Source of the DNA: Eledone cirrhosa
Taxonomy: Eukaryota
Direction of reading: 5' to 3'
NCBI GenBank assembly: GCA_964016885.1
Contig: OZ024744.1
Span: forward strand, 51,150,001-51,214,000
Length of the DNA stretch: 64,000 bases
Shown here: positions 25,881-38,552 of the stretch, one piece after another
Numbering within the stretch: the first letter of the stretch is position 1
Layout of the letters: the number at the start of each line of letters is the position of its first letter
Notes under the pieces: generated by a model
Databases searched by the model: none
What the model saw: only the letters and a program-made list of their open reading frames with translations
Told to the model about the DNA's origin: nothing
Translations under genes and position numbers: made by a program

Positions 25881-26381
25881 ATCTAAAAGCTTCCTATCAT
25901 GTACTGCATAAGAAAATGTTGAAAAACTTAGTTTTTGAGAGAACATGCTTCCCTTAATACTGAGCAATTTAAATCTATTGTTTAAAGAGGATATTGAAAA
26001 AAAAAAAAAAAATCCTTTAAAAATGTCAACGTTTCGAGAATTGTTTTTAGCTAATGTTTTATGTCATGAAATCACATGGGATGTATTTTTCTTAATTTAT
26101 CCGGAGGGATTATCTATTGTCATCTGGGTTATTCAACTTGATTCTCTACGTAAATCCTCTATTATACACTTAATTTACCATTCCAATCGCCTATTCTTAT
26201 CTTGGTGGCCATTATCTTTTGTGACAATGTCTTGTTTATTTAGTCCAGCATTTTTATTTGTTAGGAGAATACAACAACAATGGTGAAAGCTGTTTAACTC
26301 ACTTTATAACATTAGCTCTCGCTGTGAATCGTTGCTGAGTTTCCTCTTATACATAACTTATAGCGTCCCTTAATCTACATT

Positions 26382-26384
<3 letters not shown>

Positions 26385-26424
<40 letters not shown>

Positions 26425-26726
26425 GTGTGTGTGTGTGTACGTGTGTGCGCGCACATTAGTGTGCATGTGCCTGTGTGTATGAGTGCGTACGTGTGTGTCT
26501 CTTTGTGTGTCTATGTGCATATGTGTGAGTGTGTGTATGCGTGTGTATGCCTGTGTATGTATGTATATATGCGTGTGCGTGTGGATGTGTGTGTGTGTGT
26601 ATGTGTGCATGTGTGTGTGTGTGTGTATGCCTGTGTATGTATGTATATATGCGTGTGCGTGTGGATGTGTGCGTGGATGTGTGTGTGTATGCTTGTGTAT
26701 GTATGTATATATGCGTGTGCGTGTGG

Positions 26727-26764
<38 letters not shown>

Positions 26765-26815
26765 ATGTGTGTGGGTGGGTGTGGATGTGTGTGCGTGTGT
26801 TTGTGTCTGTGTGTT
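26385..26815. repeat. (TA)n/(TG)n compound microsatellite
   Basis: Direct sequence. Confidence 0.95.
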
Positions 26816-27589
26816 TAAGACAGTCTGTTATTAAAACTTATAGTTCAGTGTGTAAAGTCAGGTAGAAAATTAGCGACATTTGTTCCGGTTGACTACGATT
26901 TGAGTTAAAACCATGCCGAGGTCGTCTGTTTGAACCCGATAAATAAAGTACTGTAGTCGATTATCCACCCTCTCTCTTTCTCTCTCCCCTCCACCCATCT
27001 TTCTGGAAGAAATCCGTTGTGTTCAGACCTGGGCATTGATGGGCTCTAACAGGCTTAAATACCCAAGGCAAGTCATATGTAACTTCGGCATCTCTAGTGA
27101 ACTCTATCTGGAGTCTATTACCATAGCTACGGGTGTACCGGGTAGACGGAAACTACTTAGAACTGCCCCTTAACCTCGCTCGTCAAATGAGACTGACTAT
27201 AGCGGTAATAAAAGTACATATGCAATTGTTTATATATATACCCGAAACTAAGGGGAAAAAACAAACATTTGTCTAAGATGCAGCATAGCGGGATCGATCT
27301 CGTGACTTCATTATTGCGAAGCTAACTTCTTAATGAAGTGTAACAAGAAATCTAGCATGGGCCTTTACTAGATTTCAGTGACATTCAGTAAGAAATTTTA
27401 AACCCCGCTGACTCTTGATCGTTACAGTTGTGTTAGGAAAAGCATTACAAGCGTGACCATCACACCTTGTTTTACTAGCGATTCGAGCAAGTACTCAGAG
27501 GCTTTCCTCTTGGCCTCGGTAAACAGTAAGTTGGTGTTCGATCGACAAAACTCCAGACTTCATTCACTTACCAAGTGGGGTGGAACTCG

Positions 27590-27780
27590 TCAAAATCGAC
27601 CAAGGAAACTATGTTTCCATTAGTCTTTCCATTACTAATACTATCTACCGGTCGCAACTCCAGGTAGAAAGAGCAACGGGAAATAAAGTGTCTTGCTCAA
27701 GGACATAACGCACCACCCGGTCGGGGAATCGATCTTGCAACCTTGCGAATACAAATCCACTTCTCTAACTTCTAAGAAAG
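27590..27780 (-). mobile_element. CORE-like tRNA-SINE (family S2); further copies at 41545-41820 (+) and 50815-50940 (-)
   Basis: tcttgctcaaggaca is the reverse of the CORE-like tgtccttgagcaag. Reverse B box gggaatcgatct. Shares gaccaaggaaac.atgtttc with 41670-41700 and the 95-bp array at 46985-47365. Confidence 0.65.
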
Positions 27781-27953
27781 GCAATATCATCAAATAGCTT
27801 ACAAATCTGAATATTTATAAAGTCGTTAACACTGGCTGAAGTTGTAGAGGAAAGGTCCTGCGGTGACACGACGTCGTTTAAAAAGTTTAAATGTGGCATT
27901 CAAACTCGATAGAACCTATCACTCTACAGGTTAAACACAGTCGATTTCTTCCA

Positions 27954-28055
<102 letters not shown>

Positions 28056-28069
28056 ATAGAGAGAGTCAG

Positions 28070-28645
28070 GTGTGTACGCCAGAGAGATATGAAGTCAATA
28101 AATGTGGAAATCTAGAGATGTGAGAAGGTCGCTATTGATCGCCCACGTGGGAGACAAGAACTGCGTACAGGGATGGAGCAAGCAAGGAGAAGAGAAAGTG
28201 AAACTTACCACCGAAGAAGAGCGCTGGCAGGAAGCACAACACAGTTGTACCGGAGGAGAGCTTCTACAAATGTAGTCGCTGTATACAGGACTGCCACTCC
28301 CACGTTGGCCTGTAGAACCACAGTTGTACCGGAGGAGAGCTTCTACAAATGTAGTCGCTGTATACAGGACTGCCACTCCCACGTTGGCCTGTAGAACCAC
28401 AGTTGTACCGGAGGAGAGCTTCTACAAATGTAGTCGCTGTATACAGGACTGCCACTCCCACGTTGGCCTGTAGAACCACAGTTGTACCGGAGGAGAGCTT
28501 CTACAAATGTAGTCGCTGTATACAGGACTGCCACTCCCACGTTGGCCTGTACAGTCACATCAGACACTTCACCGCCATCAGCAGCTGACAAAATTCTCCA
28601 GGCACAGATCCATGGTTTTTAGAGACCGATGGATGCCAATCTACT
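28070..28645 (+). mobile_element. RTE 3' end whose zinc-finger segment is amplified as 4 x 79 bp
   Basis: acagttgtac at 28241, 28320, 28399 and 28478. Last unit encodes FYKCSRCIQDCHSHVGLYSHIRH. Confidence 0.8.
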
Positions 28646-28649
28646 AATA

Positions 28650-30197
28650 TATAATTGTTTTTACTTTTGGTACAAGGCCAGCAATTACCTAGTGCATTAC
28701 TGGTACTTTATTTTATCGACCCCGTAAGGATGAAAGCAAAGTTAACCTCGGCGTGATTTGAACTCATATATAATGCTCTTGTGTTTTTCTACGTCACGCA
28801 AAGGAGGTAACTCATCTATGTTTCAGTATTTAAATATAAATACATACATATACATAAACATATACATTGTACAAAATAATTGTGTCTACTTTTGGCACAA
28901 GGCCAGCAAATACCCAGTACATTACTGGTACTTTATTTTATCGACCACGTAAGGATGAAAGGCAAAGTTAACCGTGGCGGGATTTGAACTCAGATCATAA
29001 AGGGCCGTAACTCTTTGCTGCAAAGCATAGCGTCCGAGCCTCTACCGATACTGCCAATATAATGATTACATATTTATGTGATGAGTGTGGGAGGAAGGGT
29101 GCTGTGACAAACTATAGAAAACAGAACAGCGTTCGCTACACCTGTGTTACTCATACATATAAATATATACATATGCACACACACATATACACCACACACA
29201 CACACACACACATATACATGTGTGTGCATGTAATAATTATTTTCTCTGAATCTGTTTATGTGTATGTTTGTGTAGATGTGTGTGTATGTAATGGTTATTT
29301 TTAACTAGCGTTCTTAGATTGGCTACACTTTTGTGAGTGTATGTGTGTGAGTGTTTGTGTGTGAGTGTATGTGTGTGTGACTGTATATGTGTGTGTGTGT
29401 TTGTGTGTATGTGTTGTCCAAGGAGCCAAGTCCCTAGCAATATTGAAATAAATTAGAATTGTCAAAAATATAAAACGACCGCATTTGAAAGGTATATACA
29501 AATACACATCTACCTTATAGCCGTCATCTTTGACGACAGGGAGCCAGCTAATACAATATAATATATATAATATAATTGTTTCTACATTTGGCACAAGGCC
29601 AGCAATTATTCCAGTGCATTACTGGTACGTTAATTTATCGACCCCGTAAGGATGAAAGACAAAATAATATAATATAATTGTTTCTACTTTAGGCACAAGG
29701 CCAGCAATTACCCAGTACATTACTGGTTCTTTATTTTATCGACCCCGTAAGGATGAAAGGAAAAGTTGACCTCGGCGGGATTTGAACTCAGACCGTAAAG
29801 GGACGTAACTATGCTGGAAAGCATGGCGTCCGACCCACTACCGATACTGCCAATCCATAATATAATATAATATAATTGTTTTTACTTTTGGTACAAGGCA
29901 AGCAATTATCCAGTGCATTACTGGTACTTTATTTTATCGACCCAGTACTCAGATTGAACTCAGATTGGAAAGAGAGGTAACTCTATGCATCAAAACATGC
30001 TTCTGACCCTCTACCGATACTGCCAATCCACCGCCCTATTGGAACAAGGCCAGCAATTACCCAGTACATTACTGGTACTTTATTTTATTGACCCCGTAAG
30101 GATGAAAGGAAAAGTTAACCTCGGAGGGATTTGAACTCAGAATGGCAAGAGCCGTAACTCTATGCGTCAAAGCAAGGCGTCCGACCCTCTACCGATA

Positions 30198-30200
<3 letters not shown>
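28650..30200 (-). mobile_element. Cluster of about 6 co-oriented SINE S1 copies
   Basis: aaggcc/caagcaattacc..ctggtactttattttatcgacc recurs at ~28675, 28899, 29595, 29697, 29895 and 30046. Confidence 0.85.
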
Positions 30201-30262
<62 letters not shown>

Positions 30263-30265
<3 letters not shown>

Positions 30266-30625
30266 TAATGGTAGCTAAGATGCTTCAATAGGCGGTATGC
30301 CGGTTGACGGGACAGCGGGTGAGTGACAGCTCACGCCTTGGTGGTCAGCGGGCTACTACCAGTGGTCAGAATAATGATGACGTCACTAACCAGTGACCAA
30401 CCCAAGGACGCGCAAAGCGGATGAAGGTGGACGATATAGACCCGTAGGCTCAGAAACTCCAGAAAGAGTATATGCTCTGAAATCAATAGACGCGTCCGAG
30501 GAACCTGGTAGTCCAGAGTCAGGTCGATCCACACACAGATCGCACCTCGAGGTGTTCGCCGGGGAAACAATTGTAATACGTAATAAATTGAGTTCCGATG
30601 CATCACTGATTCTTCGTTTTCCACT
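30263..30625 (+). mobile_element. ~360-bp HHR-bearing element homologous to 18850-19210
   Basis: acgcgt-CCGAGGA-...agtcagg..cgatc..cctcgag..-GAAA-CAATTG-TA-atacgt...gatgcatcactga. Follows (TA)n. Confidence 0.65.
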
Positions 30626-30650
30626 CTCCCTCTCTCTCTCTATCTCTCTC

Positions 30651-30718
<68 letters not shown>

Positions 30719-31119
30719 CACACCGACACACGCACACACACATATATATATATTACATAAGTATTGATCATATATTTATTTATATTAACTTATATATATA
30801 TATGAGTATTATTGACGGACGTGAGAGAAAGTACTCAATACCGAAGCAGAGTTTAAATATTCATTTAATATGGCTAAGTAGTGTTACTCTGGAGTTTCTC
30901 CTTCACACTTATTGATATTGTTGTTGTGGCTGATATTGTTGATGTTGCTGTTGTTGTTGTTGTTGTTGTCGTCGTCGTCGTCGATGATGATATTAGTGTT
31001 GTTGATATTGTTATTGATGATATTGTTAATGAGGTTATTGTTGTTGTTGTCACCATTATTGCTGTTGCTGTTGTTGTTGCTGATGTTGTTGTTGATGTTA
31101 TTTTTATTGATATTGTTAA

Positions 31120-31330
31120 TAATGGTTTCTGGTTTAGGCACAAGGCCAGCACTTTGGGGAGAGAGGAAAGTCGATTAAATCGACCCCAGTGCGTAACTGG
31201 TACTTTATTTTATCGACCCTGTAAGGATGAAAGGCAAAGCTAACCTTGGTGGTTATTTCAACTCAGAATGTAAAGAGAGGTAACTCTATGTTACAAAGCA
31301 TGGTGTCTGACACTCTACCGACTCACCTTA
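31120..31330 (-). mobile_element. SINE S1; further copies at 32165-32385, 33958-34145, 40775-40955 and 58980-59075
   Basis: Same body and B box on the minus strand. Confidence 0.85.
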
Positions 31331-31509
31331 TTGGACAATGTTCCGAATATTTTCTCAGACAATGGATCAAATGATCGGAATTCAGTATTGACTCATTTAC
31401 TAGTCATGAATTAATTTCATATCAAGGTGGTTTAGAAAAAGGATTAAACATTTGAATTTAGATACACAACAGGACATTTTACCCCTTTGCTGCTTCACCA
31501 ACTATTTTC

Positions 31510-31840
31510 CATATATGGTGCCCCTATTATAAAAATACACAACAAAGATATGAGATACGACAATTTAGGAAGCCATTTAAACCTACACCGGTGTGAGTTG
31601 TTACAACAACACGAACATGATATAACTTGGGCCCCTACCATTCAAACCCGAAAGAAACTTCCTATGAGATACAACATAGATGGAAGCTAACTAAACCTAC
31701 ATAGGTGTGAGCTGTAACAAGAACAACAACGTCATAGAACTGGGTCTCCTATTAGTAAAACACAGAAGAAATTTTCTATAAGATACAACCTTCTTGGAGA
31801 CTAGTTCAACCTACATAGGTGTGAGGTGTAACAACAACAA
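31510..31840. repeat. Three diverged 114-bp tandem units
   Basis: aacctaca..ggtgtgag at ~31580, 31694 and 31808. Confidence 0.75.
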
Positions 31841-32424
31841 CAACAACAACAGCAACAACAGCAACAACTAGAACGAGAACAAAAAAAAGTAGAACAACAA
31901 CAGCAACACATTTCTGGCATATCTCACCTTTAGAAAGAGGATTGCAAATATAAATTCGGATACATAAGCGGACATTTTTAGGGGGTGGGGGTGGTTCCTG
32001 AGAAGGTTTTAGACAATTAATTAACGCCGCAGTTAATCAGGAATATTCATTTTAGCTTTACTGCATTTTTCTAACCATTAACCAACAATGGAAAGTTTGT
32101 TTGTTCACCATTTTCCATCAAATGTTCTGAATATAATCAGAATATAGAATAAATAAACAAGGAGATAATTGTTTCTACTTTTGGCACAAGGCCAGTAATT
32201 TGGGGAAGGGGGGAATCGCTCAAATCGACCTCAGTGCATTACTGGTACTTTATTTTATCGAGCTCCTAAGGATGAAAGACAAAGTTAACCTCGGCGGGAT
32301 TTGAACTCAGACCGTAAAGGGCCGTAACTCTACGCTACAAAGCATGGCGTCCGACTCTCTACTGATACTGACAATCCACCGCCCTTAATAATAACAATAA
32401 TAATAATAATAATAATAATAATTA

Positions 32425-32828
32425 GAAGACAATAGGCCTGACCTGGTGGTTTTGGACAAGGAAAAAAGATCGTGCCTGATTGTGGATGTGGCCTGCCCAT
32501 TTGACACGAGAGTGCAAGAGAAGAAGAGGGAGAAAATTAACCGATACCAGGACTTAAAGTGGGAGGTAAAAAGGATTTGGAACTGCCATAAAATCAAAGT
32601 TGTCCCTATTGTCATAGGCGCACTAGGTACTATCTCAAAGAGTTTCCAAGGATAGTTAAAGAAAGTTAGTCCAGCCCCGCTTTTTGGAACACTTCAAAAG
32701 GCATGCTTGCTGGGAACAGCAAGAACCCTCCGATATGTCCTGAATATCTGAGGCTGCAGGTAGTGGCTTGATATTCATTTCAACAAACTTTCCATTTAAA
32801 TAACATCAATGACTGAGACTCAAAGAAC

Positions 32829-32881
<53 letters not shown>

Positions 32882-33905
32882 GGAGATCTGAGGGTGGAAG
32901 AGGTCTTATCAGCATAGAGGACTGTGTTCAGATGGAGAAAAACAACCTATACAAATACGTGACCTATAGTAAAGAGCCAATGCTCAGAACTGTACTGAAG
33001 GAGGGGACAGTAGGCCAGGGGATGTCCAAGGAGGAAATAACATCAAGGAGGAAGAGCAGCCTTAAGGGAAAATCCCTTCATAGTACCTTCTTTGAGAAAA
33101 CTGAATTTAGAGATCCACAGACATGGAACTGGTTGAGAAGAGGAGACCTCAAAAAGGCTACAGAAGGAATGCTAATGGCTGCGCAGGAGCAGGCCCTCAA
33201 AACGAAGTGGTTGAAGCACCATATTTACAAGGAGGAGGCTAGCCCACTGTGCAGGATCTGTGGAGAGAGAGAGGAGACTGTGGCTCACATTGTGTCCGAG
33301 TGTAAACACCTAGCCCAGACCCACTATAAGGGCTGGAGACACGATGTGATGGGCAGGGTGATCCACTGGCACCTGTGCAAAGTAAACAATTTACCACATT
33401 CTGAGAAATGGTATGAGCATAGGCCAGAGGCGGTGATGGAGAACAATCAGGTGAAGGTGCTGTGGGATTTTAGGATACAGATGGACAAAAAACTGGAACA
33501 CAATAGACCTGACCTGGTGGTTGTGGACAAAGAAAAAAGATCGTGTCTGATTGTGGATGTGGCCTGCCCGTTCGACACGAGAGTGCAAGAGAAGGAGAGG
33601 GAGAAAATTAACCGATACCAGGACCTAAAGTGGGAGGTGAAAAGGATTTGGAACTGCCATGAAGTCAAAGTGATCCCGATTGTCATAGGCGCACTGGGGA
33701 CTATCTCCAAAAGTTTCCAGGGATGGTTAAAGAAAATCGGCCCCTTCACGCTTTTTGGAAGCTTCAAAAGGCATGCTTGCTTGGAACAGCAAGAACGCTC
33801 CGATACGTCCTGAATATCTGAGGCTGCAGGTAGTGGCTTGATATTCAATCCAACGGACTTTCCAGTTAACCAACATCAATGACTGAGATTCAAGGAATAA
33901 CAACA
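32425..33905 (+). mobile_element. Two tandem 5'-truncated R4/Dong-like 3' ends in (TAA)n
   Basis: 32425-32830 and 32880-33905 encode the RLE domain. The second is almost identical to the reverse complement of 10607-11635. Confidence 0.92.
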
Positions 33906-33923
33906 ATAATAATAATAGTAATA

Positions 33924-33961
<38 letters not shown>

Positions 33962-34145
33962 TGTTTCTACTTTCGGCACAAGGCCAGCAATTACCCAGTA
34001 CATTGCTGGTACTTTATTTTATCGACCTCGTAAAGATGAAAGGCAAAGTTAACCTTGGCGGGATTTGAGTTCAGATCGTAAAGGGACGTAACTATGCTGA
34101 AAAGCATGTCCAACCCTCTACCAATTCTGCCAACCCACCGCCCTC

Positions 34146-34191
<46 letters not shown>

Positions 34192-34193
<2 letters not shown>

Positions 34194-34732
34194 TTTTCTT
34201 TATTAACCACAAGGGTTTACATAAAGTAGACATGAAGGACAGTACAGGACAATACAGGACGGTACAAATGGGCATTTCTGCGTGTAAAAAAACAGAGGAT
34301 GTAATAAAAATAACAATGAAACATTCCTCAATAGGGGGGAGACTTCCGAGGGACATTTGTGGAGAAAGCCCATTAAAAGACCACAGTGACCCTGACCACC
34401 AGGGCAAGTGCCCTCTCCTAGTTTTCCACCTTTAATTTACAGACACATACTCAGAGTAGGCCCATTCACTCGGGCCATTCTTGCTTCTCTCTCCCATCTT
34501 TCAACAAAATGCTGGGAAGAGAGCACTTCCCTCTCTACCCTGATTTTCCTTTTCAAATGAAATTTGAAAAAGTTAATCAGGGCATCACCGAAGAGGTAAG
34601 TGCTCGTCTTCAGCCCTTTCAAACGTGTCCACCATACTATCTCTTTCGCCATGGCCACCAGACAGATAAAAACTGCCTGCCCTTCCCGACTAAAGGAAGA
34701 GGGCGGAGCAATCCTCACGATGGACTCAGCTG
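34192..34732 (-). mobile_element. Tx1/L1-like 3' end in (TAA)n
   Basis: KEIVWWTR...FFKFHLKRKIRVER C-terminus, shared with 42698-43081 and 61539-62000. Confidence 0.8.
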
Positions 34733-34800
<68 letters not shown>

Positions 34801-35559
34801 TAAATAAATAACAAGAGAAACTAGCAAGTAGGCCAATCAGTCAAAAGATGACATTTCTCGTAACGAGCCAAATATTATTGGGTTGATGTGTGAGCTCTTG
34901 AGCCTGTCGACAAATTTTCACCTCCATGGTTGCATTGTTATTTTCTTGACGTATAAAACACGATAGCCACATAGATAGAGTAAGCGCTTTTGTCTAAAAA
35001 CAAGCGCATCTTTTGTCCAACTGTCACACAGACGGCAGAGAAGGAAGGAAGGGAGGAGAGAAGGAAGGAGCACAACATGGCGATAGAGTTTCACAATTCA
35101 CAACCCTTCAAGATTTCTAGATATTTCTATCACTGTTTCTTTCTTTCTTTCTTATAATACATAGTTTTCTATTTTCCATCTTGATTTTAAATCGCGGACC
35201 CCTTTAACGGAAGTTTATTGTACAGCTCAAGTGATTTGAGAGATGTTGACTACTGTTCAATCGATACGTATCATAAAACAGATTTGGTGGGGGATGGGAG
35301 GAGAGGACGTAGACGAGGAAGTGGAGGTGGAGGAAGGAAGAAGGGTGACTGGGTGTGGTGGATAGAAAAACAACTATTTTTATTATTGCTGTTATCGTTG
35401 ATGTTGTTGGTGGTAGCGGTGGTGGCGGTGGTGGCAGTGGTGGCGGCGGCGGTGGTGGTGTTTTCGTGGTGGTTATTGCCACCGTCGTTGTTATTATTTT
35501 CGTTGTGGTTGTTGCTGTTGCTCTTGTTATTGATGTTGCTGCTGCTGCTTCTTCTTCTT

Positions 35560-35590
<31 letters not shown>

Positions 35591-35935
35591 TTATTATTAT
35601 TGCTGCTGCTGCTACTGTTGTTGTTGAAATATAAGGTCAATGAAATAGAGAAACTGCTCCTTAAGTCTCAGTTCCTTTAGTTTGGTCACGTCTTATGCAA
35701 CAACAGTAATAACTGACTAACAAACATTCTTTTGTACAGCCTATTACATTCTTAAAACCGCAAACTACGCAAAACTATTCTAAGATATAACGGATAGAGT
35801 AGAGTCGCCGCCGCCTAAATTGTTATAGATGTTTGATAATGATTAGGGGTGGGAGAGAGAGGAGAGGGAAGAGAGAGAGAGAGAGAGAAAGAGAGACAGA
35901 CAGGAGAGAGAGAGAAGAGAGAGGGAGAGAGAAAA

Positions 35936-35967
<32 letters not shown>

Positions 35968-36334
35968 AGGGAGAGAGAGAGAGAGAAAGAATATAAATCT
36001 ATCATCATCTAAGTAAAATAATTAACAAGAAATCTAATCGAAACTAGTGGATAGTTGCCAGTGATATGTGGGGTTGGGTGAGTGTTGAGGGTCACTCAAC
36101 AAATGCCATGTAGGCTCCGTCCCAGGATGGCCAAAAGGAAGCCAAAAGTTATATTGTCTTTGCATAACACTTAAAATATAAAGTATCAATTGAGATATTA
36201 ACGCAGGTGTGGCTTCGTAAGTACGTTGTTCTGGGTTGAGCCACGCACAAACCGTGTAATGTCTTATATTACAGCATTGGACTGACCAAGGTCTTTAGCA
36301 TTGACAGAACCATGTCTGATGCTACAACACAACC

Positions 36335-36985
36335 ATTGACAGGGGAAAAATCTACCCTGCGATTGCATGCCAGAATCTAATGTATAAAATGTATACAGCC
36401 TGTCTGAACCTATTGCACCAGGATTATTGTTCTTCATGTCATATGCCATATGCACAATAGTTAGAGGGGCAGGTCAAGACCGGCCAAACAGACTAAGGTG
36501 TCAGTTGCAACATTATGGATTGTCTCCAGGCCGCCGCGAAAACATCTGAGGGGATAATCCCGAAAAACATACTGTCTGGTCAGGGTCCCCACAGCCACAT
36601 GCTGGGCTGTCTTTCATTTTCCATCCATGGAGATGATGGGTTTTCCTGGCATGTGTTGTGTGGATTCCATTAAGGGTCACCCATTGCTTTCTGGGAAGGT
36701 CAAAGCCGGCTGGTTTAGATGTGGGGTCCTAGACGAGGTCTTGGTTGGCAACTTTTGACTCATTCGATGATCTTCGCAAGTCTTCCTTCAGATCAAAGTT
36801 ATTAGAATTATTGTGACAACAATATCATCACAGAAGAGCAAGCAGTTAGAAAGTAAGGAGTTTGGGAATATGCTGAGAAACTTCTAAAACTGGAATATCA
36901 GAGATGCAGTAAAATAGGAATAATTTAGGTGTATATTGCTAGATTACAAGAAAGCATTCGATTCTGTTCCCCACTGTAGGGTGTT
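36335..36985 (+). mobile_element. R4/Dong RT fragment split by a ~385-bp insertion
   Basis: IACQNLMYKMYTACLNL (36360-36430) resumes at 36812 as CDNNIITEEQ...LDYKKAFDSVPH. attattgt is duplicated at both insertion ends. Confidence 0.75.
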
Positions 36986-37104
36986 AGAGGCTCCTCTGTT
37001 TACTATCTTTACAGAGAAAGTCAAAGATAACTCAACTTCGCTCGGGAGTGCCATTCTGAAGTTAAATTTAGGAAGTGACCACATTGGGTTGGAAATGTTA
37101 TCAA

Positions 37105-37724
37105 GGCTGTTTGATATAAGATCAGTCGGCTGGAAGTTGCGAATGACATGCTACTACTTAACTCGTCAGAAGGTGATCTCCGACATGCACTTGATAGATT
37201 TGTTGCCGAGATTTCCACGGCAGGAATAAAAATCAGTGCTGCGAAAACTGAGACATTCGTCCTCCCAATGAAGCCTGCGCAATCAGCTCTAGATGTGAGT
37301 GGAGTTCCACTGAAGCAGGTGGAGAAGTGTAAGTGCATGAGTGATGAAAGGCAGGAGACGGAATTAAGTGCAAGAATTGCAGGAACTAATGCAGTAATGC
37401 GGCAGCTTCAGCATTCAGTAACCAGAAGATGGGAGGTAGGTGTAAAAGCCAAACACACTATCTTCAATTGGTATTCGTGCCAAACCTTATCTCTGGTCAT
37501 GAATCTTCGGTAATGACTGAGAGAATACCATCGCGAATTCAAGTGGCCAAAATGGGGTTCCTCCGAAGGGTCTTTGGAGTAACGTGACCAGAATGTCTAG
37601 AGAAAAAGTCTCTGGACAGATTTTACGGGCAAAAGTAGCCGGCAGAAAATCCAGGGGTAGACCCAGAGCAAGATGGTTGAATAACATCCATGAAGACCAA
37701 AATCCAGAGAGGACTCGATAAGGG

Positions 37725-37725
<1 letters not shown>
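37105..37725 (+). mobile_element. Decayed RTE-like fragment
   Basis: Homologous to 23934-24480. Confidence 0.75.
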
Positions 37726-37810
<85 letters not shown>

Positions 37811-37812
<2 letters not shown>

Positions 37813-37957
37813 GTACATATAAACCTGTAGAGCAAATATTTCTTATTAGCACAGATTAAAAGTTTAAGCAAACAATTTATGATGAAACCCTAAAGAAGAA
37901 CCCGCTTGAGTGTGGAAGCAGAAATTGTTTGCTTAAACTTTTAATCTGTGCTAATAA
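37811..37957. repeat. Small asymmetric fold-back in (TA)n
   Basis: tattagcacagattaaaagtttaagcaaacaattt (37844-37877) is inverted at 37922-37956. The same terminus occurs at ~39267 and ~56622. Confidence 0.7.
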
Positions 37958-38174
37958 TAATTATATATATATATATCTATTGACTGATTAATCGCTTAAG
38001 TTTATTTTAAAAACAACTCGGTAGAGAGCTTTATTCGTTTTGTGCTATTTTTGCGAATTTTTGCAATAACTATACATGCTGAATTCACTGGCCAAAATAG
38101 GGGTTTTCTCCCCTTAGAACCTCACATGTGCTTTCATAACCTGTGAGATTCTGGCCCACGAAGAACAAAATGCC

Positions 38175-38521
38175 TGTTGAGAAAGTGATGCCTTGTTCGA
38201 TCATTATACCAAAAGCTTATTTTTTTATAAGCACACAGTATTATTGATTTAGGTGTTGCAGAAACCCAAATTCGGAGTATTCCATCTTCCCCGAGGGTCC
38301 GGGTAACTATTTCAATCATATATTATTTTGTTTGACCCGTTTAGCTTGTTCGCTTTTTTGGCTCATGTGGTTAATGGCTTCTTAGCCACCATCTCAGTTT
38401 GTATGACCTTTTTAACTTATGTTTATAGCTCTGATATCTTCATATCCATAGAGCGCTTCTCTACACAATACGGAAGTTGCGTTTCGCTAATTTCTACCCA
38501 CCGAAATGCGATTCTCGCTAA

Positions 38522-38525
<4 letters not shown>
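38175..38525 (+). mobile_element. Unclassified dispersed repeat; second copy at 47470-47810
   Basis: Shared ccttgttc.atcattatacc.aaagcttatt...ttgcagaaaccc...ttgcgtttcgct. Both copies end at (TA)n. Confidence 0.6.

Positions 38526-38550
<25 letters not shown>

Positions 38551-38552
<2 letters not shown>

Noticed and set aside
27328-27397. Short imperfect hairpin
   Set aside because: About 30-bp arms, single copy, no diagnostic motif.
28240-28560. CRISPR-like regular repeat
   Set aside because: Units are contiguous and identical with no spacers; eukaryotic LINE-derived.
30874-31243. Poly-V/T/N/L ORFs (also 35204-35634 and 45900-46388)
   Set aside because: Trinucleotide repeat translations.
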